64,000 nucleotides of DNA from Camelus dromedarius (GCF_036321535.1 NC_087437.1:15378001-15442000); one strand, 5' to 3'; numbered from the stretch's first letter, positions 1 through 13,999 are shown. Notes: generated by a model from the sequence alone, not told the origin. Numbers and translations: made by a program.

Positions 1-852
1 CATCTAGCAGGTGTTGAAGAAATAATATGAGCTTAGGCTGCCTCTCAAGGCTGCTGGATAGATCCCACGCAAGTCAGAGGTTTGTGACTTAGGGACAGGA
101 TGGGGAGAACAGCACTATGTATTTTGATATAATTTAATGTCATGAGTTGTGGAAGGACCGAGAGATCCAGAAGGGCCCATCAGGGCTTGGCAGACCTTGA
201 AAACCTCTTTTGGGACACCAGCCCCTCCATCAGTAAACCCTTCTGCAGGTGGTGAGGTGAAAGCTGGGGAGCTCTCAAGTTGCTAGTTTTTAACAGAATC
301 AAATTTTAGTTGAATGAAGCCCCTGAGATGGGGTAGTGGGTATTGAGAGACTGTACCTCAGACTTTTTCCTGGCTTTGTCTGGACTGCATGGCCCCCGGA
401 ACTCTCCAAAGAGCCGGGTGGTGATGCACTCCTGGCAGGCCACCTGAGCAAAGGAATTCTTACTCTGCCTGGGCCTGGCTTTGTGCACGTCCCAGGATTC
501 CGTCCTGGTGGCTGCAGGGAATACAATTGTTAGTCCCCAGACCACCCATCTAAGCTGTACCCCCCGCCATCTCCACTGGGTCAGGACCAGCTCTGTTGTT
601 TAGCCCTGATCTCTGTTTGAAAGTGCCTTGTGATAGGTGTTTGTTCCATTTTGCTAATCTTGCCCAGCACATAGCAGGTGACCAGTAAGTGATTGTTGTG
701 TGACTCAATAACTCCCATCCTCTCTCAGAGTTGAGCTCTGCAGTATGATTAAAGGAACAGGAATGGCTTTCCCTTTGTCAGCACTGCTCCCCTCTGAGAG
801 GTGCACTGAGCATCTTCCAGAGCTCTCTGCCTTTCTGCTGGGACTGTGCTGT

Positions 853-873
853 ACACACACACACACACACACA
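853..873. repeat. (AC)n microsatellite
   Basis: About 10 perfect units. Confidence 0.9.
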
Positions 874-2026
874 CCCCTACGCACATGCATGTGCGTGCAC
901 ACATGCACAAGCGGACACTTACCACCCCTGTTCAGGACACATTTGCTGCTCATCTGTGTCTCAGCACAGAAACACAAGAGTTCCTGCTTAGGACCTCTTT
1001 CCCACTCTCCCTCCAGGGCTATGCCTAGAGATGTTTTCCAGGTGCTTTTAGATGTCTAGAGGCATCCACATCAGTCATCACGACCATCACAGCGCAGTTC
1101 TTGCTACGCACTCGGCATTGTTCACTACTTTTCATTCTGCATCTCATTTACTCCTAGCGACAACTCTAAGACTCAGAGAAGTTAATTTGCTTGGGATCAC
1201 ACAGATGATCCCAGATAGGAACCTAGGTCTTTCCTACCCATATCTGTGCACTTCACCACGCCACGACACTTGGACACCAAAGCCAGGGTTCAGCAAATGT
1301 TCCAGCAGGATGTGGGGTTCTGAGACATGCTGTGTCTCAGCCACCAGGGGCCGCTATTTCCCCATGCTCGGGTCAGGAACTTGGCAGCTGACCCCCAGAG
1401 ACAGAGCTTGTCCTCCACAGAACACAGTCTGAACTTGGACTTGTGAACCCAAGCGAGTCCCCCAAATTCAAGGGTGCCTTCCCCACTTTACCACAGCCCT
1501 CAGCACAGCCTTCAGCTTTCCTGCACCCCACCCACATGAAAGGAAGCATGAGAGGTTGGCCATTGCAGATGCCAAAGGAGAAGTCTGAACGTGGAATTCT
1601 TCTGCCCTGTGAGAATTGTGATCCAGAGAAAGAGAAATGACTGATCTGTCACCTCACTCCTCATAGGAGCACTTGGCTGCATATGACAAAAAAAAAAAAA
1701 AAAAAAAAAAAAAGACAGTCTGTTCAGATCTGACATCAGTCTCCCAAATTCAAACCCGTCAAAACCATTTGAAAGTCTGTCTGTTATCATTTGTCATGAG
1801 CTTTGCTATAATACCAAATGTAGCTGTGTCTTGATATCATTAGTCCTGGGGACAGGAGCACACCTGTGTGCTGTATCAGAGATGCAAGCAAAAACACGTT
1901 TGGAGACTGAAGCCCAGATCAAAAGACTTGGAGATCACGGTGTGTGCTGCTGCCAGCAGTCCAGCATTCCTGTCCTGACAGCTCTTTGAATCTGCTGTGG
2001 GCCCAGGGCCTAAGCACTGGGGTTTG

Positions 2027-2540
2027 GGTTTTTTTCGGGGGGGCAATTTCAGGGAAGTATTTTTATTTTATTTTTTAAACACCTTTATTGTGGTATGATT
2101 TCTGTATAGTAAACTACATATATTTCAGATGTACACTTTGATGAATTTTGATAGATGTATGCACCTATGAAACCACCACCACAATCAAGATAGCTAACAT
2201 CTCCATCACTCCCCAAGAGGTGCAAATTTCAAACTCCCAATTTATCCCTTCCCACCCCCTTTACCCACTGGTAACCATAAGTCTGTTCTTTATGTCCGTG
2301 ATTCTGCTTCTTTTTTGTAAAGTTCATTTGTGTCTTTTAAAAAAAAATTCCATGTATAAGTGATATCATATGATGTTTTTCTATCTGGCTTACTTCATTT
2401 AGAATGATGATCTCCAGGTCCCTCCATGTGGCTGCAAATGGCATTATTTTATTCTTTTTTATGGCAGAGTAGCATATCTTTATCCAGTCATCTGTTGATG
2501 GACATTTAGGTTGTTTCCACGTCTTGGCTCTTGTAAATAA
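2027..2540 (-). mobile_element. 5'-truncated L1 with chimeric 3' end (copy A)
   Basis: L1 ORF2-end/3' UTR sequence; TSD CTAAGCACTGGG at 2010 and 2541. Confidence 0.85.
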
Positions 2541-3307
2541 CTAAGCACTGGGTTTTGTGAACATTGTTGCTGACATTGCTCATCGCCCAGACATTGGAAC
2601 TATAACCCTTTGAGATTTGGTTCAGATTCTGGATGAGGCATTTCAAATTGGGTGGATTTTGTTTGTTTTTGGTCGGCTTCATGAATGCCCAATTCCTGTC
2701 ACAGAAGGAGGGGGAATAAGAGGAGGAGGAAGGGAAGGCGTGGCCCTTCTGTGCGTGGCCCTCTTTCGTGCTCCTGGGAGTACGTCTACTTTATGGGACT
2801 CCCGAGGATCTGTCCTGGTTTACTGCACATTTTCCCACCCTGCACAACGGAAGGGCCTCCCTCTCAGCCCCAGTCCCTATGTGCTTCCTTTCAGGGGCAG
2901 AAGATTAAAAAACAAACAAAAAACTCGAGGGATTTGTCCAAATCTTGACACAGGGACAGTTACATTCTAAGTGGACTCACGGAGGACAGGGGCACAGTCG
3001 TCGATATCAGGTGTTGTTAAAGCGCAGTCCAAAGAGCAGTCCTGAAGTGAGGCTCAGAGGGGGTTAGCCATTCGCCTAAAGTGATCGGGCAAGTTACCAG
3101 CAGATGGGGGCTGGCCCTCCCTGCCCAGTTCTGCCCACAGACCAGACTCACGGAGGGTTGTGGACAGTGAGATGACCCTCCACACATCAGTGAAGGGCAT
3201 CCTGGCTTGAAGTAACTCCATGGGAAGGGGCTGAATTTCTGGGGCAAATTCATAGCTGAAATCATACCCTTACCTGGGTCCAGTGGGAATTTCAGTCCCA
3301 CTCATCT

Positions 3308-3487
3308 TTGTTTATTTTTTTAAAATTGTATTCATTTATTATTGTATTATTTAATTATTTTATTTGGGCGGGGTGGGGAGGGGAGGTAATGAGGTTTATT
3401 TATTTTCAGAGGAGGTATTGGGGATGGAACTCAGGACCTCGTGCATGCTAAGCATGTGCGCTACCACTTGAGCTATACCCTCCCCCT
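3308..3487 (-). mobile_element. tRNA-derived SINE (camelid Vic-1-like)
   Basis: Head GGGGAGGGTATAGCTCAAGTGGTAG with A/B boxes and AT-rich tail; TSD AGTCC(C/T)ACTCATCT at 3294-3307 and 3488-3501. Confidence 0.88.
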
Positions 3488-5435
3488 AGTCCTACTCATC
3501 TCTAGAAAGTGACCTCACAACTCAGGGATAAAACGCTGGCCAGTCTAACCACATGACCAGCAAAATCCATTGAGATTCTTTGGCAAAAAATTAGAATATT
3601 GGATGTTGGCCTCAGAGGACTAAAGGGGACTCAAGAGTAGAGGCAAGAATGAGAGCTCCCTCTTTCCGCAGACTTTTTTCTGCCTCCGCCCTGCCAGCCT
3701 CCCCTCCCACCGCCTCCCCCCACCAGCTCTTTCAGGATTTCACTGGAGAACAGCCCCTCCCAGGAGGCCCGTCCTGCGCAGGCTCCACGCCCTCACTGGC
3801 CCGACACCCCCCTCAGCCGTCCCGCTGCACCCTGGGTCTACCTGGTCACTCATCACACCGCATTGCACTGGCCAGGTTGGGTGTCTGCCTCCCCTGGCGG
3901 ACAAGGAGTATCTCTAGGGTAGGGCCTGGTTCAGTAAATGTTTCTAAAGCAGAGAGACTCCTCACTGGGGCTTCTCTTGCATCTTTCATGATCACCCCAA
4001 GCACCCTCCCACCCCACTGAGATAGAGCCCTGGCACTGCCATCCAAGAATGGCCAGGGCGATGTGAAAGGTTTAGAACGTCCATTTTCCGTGTCATGAGG
4101 AAGAGGCAGACCCAGAGCCAGCTGCCATCTCAAACCAGGACAACAGAGCCACTTGCTACTTGTCACTCTGGGCCTACCTCTCTGCCAAGTAGGAAAGAAC
4201 CAGGAGTCTCTTCCTCCTCTTAGAGGCTGAGAAACCAACCAAGCAAGGTAAGCCAGCTCTCAAGGCGGACAACTGATCCAGCCCCCTGCTGCCGCACCCT
4301 CTCCTGCAGCCCAGGTGCTGGCCAATGAAAGCTTGGCTTCTGCTTCCCCATCTTTCCTGGCAACATTCACAACCCTCCCTGATGGTGAGGATTGCAAGGT
4401 CCAGGCATGCATGGCTTCATTAGTGGCTGCCCAGGTGTCATTTTAACCACAGAGTGAGTGCCTAACTGGCTTGGGCTGATAAACATGCACACTTCCACAT
4501 GCAAACAGTGCTAGGCTGCAGCTTCTCTCCCACCAGGAAAGATACTGGACGACAATCTGAGAAAGTGGGTGAGAGCGCAGGCCTTCCCAGCACTGTCCAC
4601 CACTCACAGTGACCAGGTATCTGGGGGAGACAAGTGACCTGCCCCCTCGTGCAGGAGTAAATAAACAGTATACACTGCTCTCCTTCAAGTTCTTGGAGGG
4701 TGAAAGTGATGTAAACTGGTATAGCCCCGCCCTGGTGCTGCGGAGAAGTACTTTTTTCCTTACTTGTTTTAGTGGTGTTTTGATACCGGTGTAGTTGTGT
4801 GTATGCATGTGATGGAGTGGTCTCTACGCCATCGTGGAAATCCTCAGCCAGTGACTTTCAACTTCCTTGGGGCCTCAACTCCCATCAGTAGCAGGGATCC
4901 CTGCTATGAGACTGCGGTGCTTTTCCCCATGGGAGCGAATGTGCAGACCTACAGATCTGCTTGGCTCATCTCACAGTTTTCAACCTAGGGCCACAGGGCC
5001 TAGGGACGGGCTGCACTTCGTTCTCCTAAACCCTCAATGGAGCAGCGGGAAGTCACCGTGGGGGCACTGGGCCAGAGTGAGGCCTGCAGCTCATTTATCC
5101 AGCTCTTGGGTCCTGCTGGCTCCTGTTGGGAGGAGATGACACGCAAGGAGGAGAGATTCCCGCAGAGGCACTCACCAGAGGAGGGTCAAGGCTGGCTCCC
5201 TGGGTACAGGATGGGAAGGCTGGAGAGGAAGCCCTCCTTAAGATAGGATTTCTCGTTATGGCTCTGGGGAGCCATTCGCTTTTACTGATTTGATTGACAG
5301 GAAATAACAAAAACCAAAAACAACTCTGGAGAAGGGTTGCTGAGATGGAAGCAACAAAAGGCGCTCTGGAGTCCTAATCAGGGTGTGGAAGCTGGAAGCT
5401 TCCCGGGGAAGGGGATGGAGGATCCTTGGATCCAA

Positions 5436-5815
5436 AGGGCGGGCTGGGTGAGGCGGGGCGCACCGGGGTGGAAGTGGAGGAAGGCGGGGAGGGCAAGCCG
5501 GCGGCCGAGGCTGGAGGGCGAGGGCCCGGGTCCCGCCTCCGGCCGCCCGCGCCGCCAGGGGGCGCCCGCACCAGCTGGGGCCCGCGTCCGGTGGGCGGGG
5601 CCCGGGCTGAGGAATGCGGCCTTTGGCTCGTCCCCTGTCCGCATTCCGGCGCTGGAATGTGCACAGGGTGTTCACTGCGCGCCCTGAACGTACAAGTTCG
5701 GTCCCCTCCCGTCGGAGAACGCCTGGCAGCGGCGCCGGGAGGCCCCTTCTCTGCCGCCCCACAGAGCCTGCAGCACGTCGGGCGGCTGGAGGACAGGGTC
5801 CTGCGGGGACTCAGA
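5436..5815. promoter_or_regulatory. Orphan CpG island
   Basis: ~380 bp dense in CpG with GC boxes, a CTCF-like motif (5552-5565) and three TEAD motifs (5611-5659); no coding exon attached. Confidence 0.75.
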
Positions 5816-6099
5816 ACCAGCCCCCAGGTAGCAGTGCTTTGAGACCATGTGTGGTTTAGAAAAGGAGGGAAACCCGAAGTAGTCTGCTCAGGCACTGAGA
5901 AGGCCGGACCTATAGCTGGAAAAAGAGATCGGGTCAACCCTTTCTGCCACCAGCCTCAAGAAGCAGGGTTCAGACCCTAAATTTGTCTAAGGCATACTGT
6001 GGATGGCAAGGCCTGGAGAGAGGCAGGGAAAAGCAGATGATCCAGTTTGGGATTAGGTGCTCTTTGACCAGCCAGGGAGGGACTGAATGCCCAAGAGTA

Positions 6100-6450
6100 A
6101 GCATTTAATTCATTCAACAATTATTTATTGAACCTCTGCTCTGTGCAAGGCCCTGAGCTAAATAAATTCTGGGGGCACAGAGGTGAAAACAAGGCATTCC
6201 CTGTCCTTTAGGAGCTGACATTCTGATTCTAGAGACAGTTGCTGAAACACCCAGAGAGAGCAAAGCAATCAAGGATGTTGGGGAACACAAAGGAATAGCT
6301 CAGATTGGAGTGGAGATCCAGGAAGGCTTCCTGGGGGAAGCTGCCAAGTGACCTGAAAGGCCAGTAGGAGTTAGCCCAAAAGATGAGGGAACAGTGTTCT
6401 ACATAGAGGGAACCTGTGTTCAGAGACTGAAGGAAGAGCATGTGATCCAA
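6100..6450 (-). mobile_element. L2 3' fragment
   Basis: CATTCAACAATTATTTATTGAAC...CCCTGTCCTTTAGGAGCT, typical L2 end. Confidence 0.6.
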
Positions 6451-8050
6451 GTGGCCCCCCTCAGCCTGTCCTCCCCGAAGGCGCCTGCCAGACTGCCAGC
6501 TGGGTCACAGAAAGGATCAGGGTTCCACCTCCCTTGACCCCATGATATTAGTTGGTTTATGGAGGCCCCCTTCTGCAGGGGGACAGTCATGGGACTGTGA
6601 GGAGTGTAAAGAGGGGCAGTACTTCACAGAATGCTTTGGAATATTGTGGAGACTGAGAGACAAAGCCCATAAAACATTGGGGGTGGTGCCCAACGTCCAG
6701 TTGGTGCTCAGTAGATACTAGCTGGTCTTCAATGCTCTGCCTGATTCACTGACTCCTCTTTCCCTTCAGGGTAGCTGTTTCTGCTTCTGAGAAGGGCAGC
6801 TGTCCAGCTCTGCACCCCTAGGGAGGTGCTTGGCTTAGGATGGACACTGGTCATGGGGGAACTTCCTGTTTTGTTGTCCCTCCCTGGCTGAGGAGGGGAG
6901 CAGGCAGGAGATGAAACTGGTGTGGTTGGCCATCATAATGGTCCTGGAATACATCTGGGGCACTGGGTGCTGCGGGTGCAGAGGACTGGGAGCAGAGAAG
7001 GGCCTTACCTGGAGGTGCACTGTGGGAAGATGGCCTGTGGGTGACGATAGGAAGGTCAGGGCCAGGAAGGCCGGACTTGGGCAATGGTCCAGAAAGGGAG
7101 TGATCAGACCCTAACTCAGTACTGGGAGGTAGACACTGAGGACGTCGATGAGACCACACTCTACAGCTGACTGGCTGTAGGGTGGGGCCAAGGCCCCCAA
7201 TCTGCTATTAGATCTCACCTGGTATGGGTCAGTATGGATCTGAGGACAGGAAACCACTTGGGATCCTAGCCAGTGCATCCTGAATGTCCCTGAGTGATGA
7301 AACAAGAATGTTTACATCTAGAAATTCCTTGCCCAGCCTCCCTCCCAGGAATGCACCAGGACCTAAATTCTTCTGTGCAGAGGAAAGGTGCAAGCCTTGG
7401 AATGGCCTCTCCAGTATTGTTCCTTGGCAAACACAGGAAGATGGGTTTCCTTTAGCTCTGCGGTGCTGACATCTGAATCCGGACTCCTCCCCCAGCCTTT
7501 GGAGGCCAAGGATCAGGCAGGCATTCGATGGAAAATAAGCACCCACCTCTGCTCTTCTGACTTATTTCATATTCTTAGAATTTCCTCTCTTGGACTCTGT
7601 CTTTGTTATTTTAAAACTCCACGGGTTGATTAGGGTTGGGAAAATCCCTTGCTGCCCCGAAGAAGAAGCCCCACCAGCAGGCCTATGGGCCGATGTCCGG
7701 GTGAGCGCAGTGAGTGCCTGAGTCAGCCTGTGTGAGGGAGGCTCTCGGGGCTGGGCGTGAGCCTGTGCTTGCTGGTCCCGCAGCGGGGACGTGGCAGTGT
7801 TTGGGTTCCAGCTGTCTGGGCCAGGGCCAGGCCAGAGTGGTGGTGGCTCTGTTGGGAAATGGTGGGGACCTCCAAAGGGGTCTCCAGGTGGGCCTGGGTG
7901 GTACACACACTGAGAGGACACCCCTGGCCCACCAGAGCGGTCCCATGCCACATGTCCTGGGCCGCCTTCTCTCCTGGGCTCTATGTGGGGGACACATGGG
8001 TTGTGTGCTTCCCTGTCCAGCGTGACTTCTGCCTCTTGCTCTTGTCTCTT

Positions 8051-8263
8051 TTTAAATTTATTTTTATTTTTTAAGACATATTTTTATTGAAGTATAGTCA
8101 GTTTACAACGTTGTGTCAGTTTCTGGTGCACAGCACAATACTTCAGTCATACATGAACATACGTATATTCATTCTCGTATTCTTCACCATAGGTTACTAC
8201 AAGATATTAAATATGGTTCCCTGTGCTATACAGTAAAAACTTCTTGTTTATCTATTTTATATA
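8051..8263 (-). mobile_element. Short L1 3'-end insertion
   Basis: Similar to the tail of 31776-32465; TSD TCTTGC(T/C)CTTGTCTCTT at 8034-8050 and 8264-8280. Confidence 0.85.
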
Positions 8264-10129
8264 TCTTGCCCTTGTCTCTTGATACCCGCCCCACACGAAC
8301 GATCATCGTAGCATTTCCTTTAATCACTAATTCATTCATTCACTCATTCATTCATTCTTTCAAGAACTATTTACTGAGCTCTACCAGGTATCTGGCACAG
8401 TGCTGGGTACCAGAAATACAGAGACACATTAACTAGAAAAATTGAAAATAGTCTTAGGGTAAAATGCCATAATCAAGATGAATAATATATTAATGAAAAA
8501 TTTTAAAAAATAAAAATTAATCCATGGTGAGCAAGATAGTAGAATTTTAAATAAAGATAGACTTAGGGACAGTTCTGTGCTGGGGTGCATGGGAATTTGA
8601 GGGAAAGGAAAAATCAGTGATACTGATCCTGGGTTCAGCATTAAATACAGCATCGGCAGAATGTCATATAAGTATAAATGTATGTCATGAAAGTTTGCTT
8701 ATTGACGTAGAAATAAACTCATGGTGTGGTGTCAAGTGAAAAATAGATTACAGAACTGTATATAAAGTATGGTTCTATTAAAAATATATCTAGGTCCTGG
8801 GAACTGTAAGAGCGTATGCCGAGCTGTTAATAGCGTTCCCTCTTATTGTCTCTCTTTTATTGCTTTCTCTTTGTTTGTCTGTGTCTTTTGGTTACTTTAA
8901 CAGTGAATATGCAATACTTGTATAATTTTCTGAAAGGTATTTCAAAAAAAAACCAAGAGAATTGTAGTAGAGCACGCTGGACTGTATGGTGTAGCTAATC
9001 GTGGGCTTTCTGACCTTGGAGAGACAGAAGGACTCCCCCGATCAACCCCCTTCCCAGTGCAGACGAGGAGGGTCAGGGCCAGGATTACCAGTCCCACTTT
9101 ACAGATGGGGAAGCTGAGGCTCAGCGAGGTCGAGGGACTCAGAGACCCATCGAGGCATGGTGGGCCCGGCCTTTGCAGGCAGCTCTGCCCTACTGGGATC
9201 CACACCACCGTGGCCTGGCAGGCTGGGTCTCTTGCTTCCCAACTTCTTCCAAACAAAACCTCTAAGCCTTGCTTCTTGGCCGGTTGCTTCCCGTCGACCT
9301 TCCTCTTCCTTCTTCAACTGAGGGCATAAATGTAGGAAGAAAACCTGCAAGAAATACCTGGGTAGCGTGGCTGGCCCCTCTCTGGGCTTGTGAGGGACTG
9401 GGTGAGGGAGTGAGAAAGTATTTCCAATGTTACGCTTTCCTCTCTGGCCCAGACACGCCCCGCAGATTGGCATGAATCATAAGTAATTCTCTAAAGCCCC
9501 ATCTGCCTGGAAATGCCTAGTGGTATTTCCCAGAGTCCAGAAGCCACCAGCCCTCCGTGCTGGCAGCCTTGACTACTCCCCACCCAGCCACAAAGCTGCG
9601 GCCCATCCCCTGGGGTGGGGGGGAGGCACTGAGGGAAGAGGGGTCTGAGGCACTTCTGGGGCCTGTGGCCACTCTGGGATTATGTTCACACAAGCCTCAA
9701 AGCGGAGACCTTCCTGAGTTAGCAGGCCGCCTGTCTTAATCATGGTGCCAGTGGGGCCAGAATAGAGGCTCTTTCTCTGCCAAGGAGCGGGTTCCAGGCT
9801 CCAGCCTGCTCTTGGCAGTGTGTGGTCTCTGCTTGCCTACTGAATGCCGAGGGCAAGGGCACCCTTGCTTCTCAGGGTGTGGTAGATTGCATTTCCCGAA
9901 GACGGCTGCGACAGTATTCCCCTCGCAACTAGCTATGCCTGTGTCACTAAGTGTGGCAATGACATGGAAGTGGAATTATTGTGTAGAAGTTTCTGGAAAG
10001 TTTTTTTCAAAGAGAAGTGGGGTGCCTATCCTGTCCCTTTCTCCATGCTGCTGCCTGTAATACAGATTGTATGGCTGGAGCTCTTGTAGCCTTGTTGGGC
10101 CATAAAGATTTGGGATGGGGGAAAGCTTT

Positions 10130-10860
10130 AACAAATATGAGAAACCCAGAAGCTATGAAAGAAAAGATGAACATTTTTGACTAGGTTGCAATTTTAAACT
10201 CTGTGTGGCAAAGATAACACAGAGACAACAGATTAAGAGATTTGAAGACTGTGTTTATAAACCAGGACAAAGGGAGCAAAGAGCTTTTACAAACTGATGA
10301 GAAAAAGATAAATATTGACAATTTATTCAAAAGCAATTCTAAAGAATCAGACAATATGAAAAATCACTAGTAGTTAGCAAAGTAGTTAAATCAGCCTGAA
10401 AAAAAACGAAAAGGATTGGTAATCCTTACTGCTAGCGAACTTGCAGAAAAGGGGGTATTCACATACGTTGTTAGTGCAAATGTTCATTTTTATAGCCTTT
10501 CTAAAAAGTCAATCTGGAAGCATCAATTAAAATTATTATATAAAATTAATAACTTGATGTATTGTAATTTGTATAAAATATATGTATATAAATATACTTT
10601 GACTGCCAATCTATCCTTTATCATCTATTCTCAAATATCTGTACAAGATAAGGATAATTATTACAGCATCGATCATAGTGTCCAAAAATTGGAATCCAAG
10701 ATTATAGTTTCAATAACTTATGGTGCGTTCATAATAGGAATGTTGTGCAGCCATTTAAAAGAATGAAATAGAGATATACCATGAGAAATTTCCACTAGAC
10801 GTTGAAGAATAAGAAAAGCAAGATGAACAAAAGTATTTACAATATTTAGGGAAAACAATG
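10130..10860 (+). mobile_element. Ancient L1M fragment
   Basis: A-rich degenerate L1 ORF2 3' sequence (GCAGCCATTTAAAAGAATGAA). Confidence 0.6.
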
Positions 10861-13470
10861 ATTTAAAAACCTAGGGGGGTGTGTGTGTACGCACACGCAC
10901 ATGTGTGTATCGTGTGTGTTTTGTTAGTTTGGGTCCTCCAAGAATAAGTCACCAAAGTGGGGTTAGATTTCAAGTTTATTGGGAAAAACTGTGAGTGAAA
11001 AATAGAGAGTTTGCTGGAGGGGACTGGGAGAGTGCAGTCCTAAGACAGTTTCAGCAACTCGATGGGGTGTCCTTGAATCAAAGTCCCAGGTTCCTGGAAT
11101 CCTATGTCCGGGAACAGGCCTGACTTAGTGTCCATGCCCTGCTGGCTCGGTGACAGGGGAAGCCTGGCCTCATGAAACACTACAGTCAGAGGTCCGAGAG
11201 GTGCTGCCACGTGGACGTGTGTGTGTCTGCCTACGGGTAGATGTGTACATATGTACGCACAGGGATAGGTGTGTGTATGCAGTTGTGCGCACATTTTTTA
11301 GATGCATGTGTGTCTGGGCGTAGAGACAAGTATGGTCAGTAGGCACTAGGTGGTTTCATGGGTTATAGGAAGGAGTCCTGCAAAAAAAAAGAAAAAGAAA
11401 AAGAAAAAGAAAAAAATTGCACTAAAACCCATAGAATTCCAGACTGGTATATTCAACTGTTTATACAGTATCTGAAGACACAACTCAATTTTGACACGTT
11501 TTAAAAAATGGATTTCTGAGAACCTTCTTTGTGGCAGGTATTCTGAAATCTCCCCACCACTTGTCTTGCTGTGGGTCTTTCCGCATTTACTGTACTATGC
11601 ACTTGACAGGCACTTAACTCATGTCCTTCCGTGCAGGGAAATTTTCTTGTGGTATTTTTACATATCCTTTCCTTCTCTCTGCTTCCTCTGAACCTCCTTT
11701 CCTCACTGGGCCTCTGATTAAGCCTCCAAAATTTCTCCTCTTTTCTTTCCAGGCCTGTCTCTTTGTATTCTTCTCTCTGGATGATTTTTCTCATAGCCAA
11801 ATCTTTCTATTTTTATTTTAGAATCACCATTTTAATTTCTGAGAGGTTTATTTTTTTCTCTCTGTCTTTAAAAAAATGCTGATCTAATTTAACCGAAGTT
11901 GTTTTCTCGTCTCTCTGAAGATATTATTGTTTTCCTTGATGTTTTCTTCTGCTTGGTGCGTTATCTGTTGTCTGCTTTATTCTGTTTCTTTGTTGTGATT
12001 TCTGTCTTTTGTGTCAGGGGTTTTCTTAAGTGACTGGTGATTCTTGCATGTTCTTTTGTATTTCAGGAGAGGTGCTCAAAAAATCTAACTGGAAATTCTG
12101 TGTGCTTAGCTAGAGCTTTGCTTCGCCGGAGGGTGTTAGGGGGACCAAGATGTCAACTTCTTTGGGTCCTTTCTTGGAGGCCATTCTACCGAGAATGGTA
12201 TAATCTGCTCCAGGTGGGGCAGGCGGGGTCACGGTGTGGCTGGCTGGCAGTGGTTGGGGGTATAAGGAGAAAGGGGCTGGTGGGCACATCCTTCACATTA
12301 GACTCTCACCCAATCCCCTGTTTTCAGTGCTGAGTCCCTCCTTGCCCTGTGCCGTGCCTGGTTCCCCTGGACCTGGAGTCCCAGGGTTTAACTTTACAGT
12401 CTCCTCCAGGTGGGAGGTAAGCTAGCCTGCTGCCCAGTGGGGAGGGAGCCAGGGTCTCACTGCTGTCTTCAGCCCGTGAGCTTGTGGCCTGCTTTCAGCT
12501 CTAGCCCCTCCTGCAGTGCGCAGGTCCTGATTCCCGAATGTGTGGGCTTCTCGAGAGCAGGCTCCTCCTGTCTGGCACTTGGCTTTCAGCTTGTCCATCT
12601 GCCACTTACTCTTCCTCTTTTATAAACGCACTCACATCTTTTACTTACTAGTTTCTCCCTCCTACCCCTTGCCATCTTCTCATCCCATTTATACATATAT
12701 ATATAGTTCTGCCATTTGCTTTTTTCACACATTACCAGGGCATGGGCATTATTCCATACCTGCACATTCAGATCTATCCATCCCCTGGATGTATTTAACT
12801 ATCCCCTTATTATGTCCACATGTGGCTTGTTCTGGATTTTCACCCTTGGAAACAGGGTTGCTGGGAGCTTCCCGTATGTCCTCAGTGGTGCACCTGGCCC
12901 TCCACCCTGAGCCTTTGTGTGTGGGACCCTGCTGCTCACAGCTGGATCGGACGCCCTCACACCACGTCCCTGCTGGGAGATGTGCTCAGGAGGATCGGAG
13001 GGTGGCTCTCCTCCTTCCGGGAGAGGATAGGCATGCAGGAGGGTGCGGGTAAGGGACTTGACTTCCCTGACAGTCGGCCCATCCGAGGGCCCGACACTGA
13101 GTCACTCCCATTATCTCCACTTTTCTAGGGAGGAGGCCTTGCCACCTGCCCAAGGCAGCACCGTGAGTCAGAGATGAGGCTCCCGTCCCACCTGCCCCCT
13201 CCCTTGAGCCCTAGTTCCCAGGTCCAAGTTCCCAGGCAGGCTGCCACAGAGATGCCAATAAGAGGGCGGTCCAGCTTTCAGATGACCCGGCAGCCCGGGC
13301 TGAGGAGGTCTTCAATGGTATTTATTTATTTTTTGAATAAGTAAGACAGCCATGGACTCTTTACATTCTTGGATTCAAACACAGGGTAATTGTCCCTTAT
13401 GTTCCTGTCACACAGCCAGGCCGTGACTTTCATTAGAGGCAACTGGTTCTCTAGTTTCTTGTGCATTCTT

Positions 13471-13592
13471 TTTTTTGGGGTGGGGGGGAGGTAACTAAGT
13501 TTATTTATTTATTTAATGGAGGTACTGGGGATTGAACCCAGGACTTTGTGCATGCTAGGCACGCACTCTACCACTGAGCTACACCCTCCCCT
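13471..13592 (-). mobile_element. tRNA-derived SINE (Vic-1-like)
   Basis: Same head and box B (GGTTCAATCCC); TSD TGTGCATTCTT at 13460-13470 and 13597-13607. Confidence 0.88.
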
Positions 13593-13644
13593 CTCCTGTG
13601 CATTCTTAAAGAGATATTTTAACAGAAAAAAAAAAAGTGAAAAA

Positions 13645-13958
13645 AGGCCCACATTTCCTTATCTGGAACCTCGGGGCAGGTGAGTTTGGGAATTCGGAAT
13701 TCAAGCAGTGTATAAAGATAGTGTGTGTATGTGTGTCACAGCCCCAGAGAGTCTGTGATGAAACACGTTAATATTTCTGCACCACATGGGATACATCGAG
13801 CTGTAATCAGCCTTAAGTCAGTTCAGCTCAGTTCAGGTTTTGCTACCAAATATGTTTGTGCCAAATTTGTTTAAAGAAAAAGCCAACTTCTGTTTTTTGT
13901 TTTTTTTTTTAAGAGAGTTTTGAATTTCATAATTGTGGGTAAGGGAATGTGGACTTGT
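13645..13958. mobile_element. MER46/Tigger-like MITE
   Basis: Inverted ends CCACATTTCCTTA and TAAGGGAATGTGG. Confidence 0.5.
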
Positions 13959-13999
13959 GTTTACACTACTTATTTAAAAACTTCTGGTAACACTCTATA

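Noticed and set aside
2148..2363. Near-duplicate ORFs MIDVCTYETTTT... and MIDVYTHATTTT... (37889-38158)
   Set aside because: Antisense translation of an L1 3' UTR, not a gene family; the underlying chimera is reported as a finding
5256..5937. Several 116-187 aa ORFs on both strands
   Set aside because: Low-complexity Pro/Gly/Arg translations expected from a stop-poor CpG island
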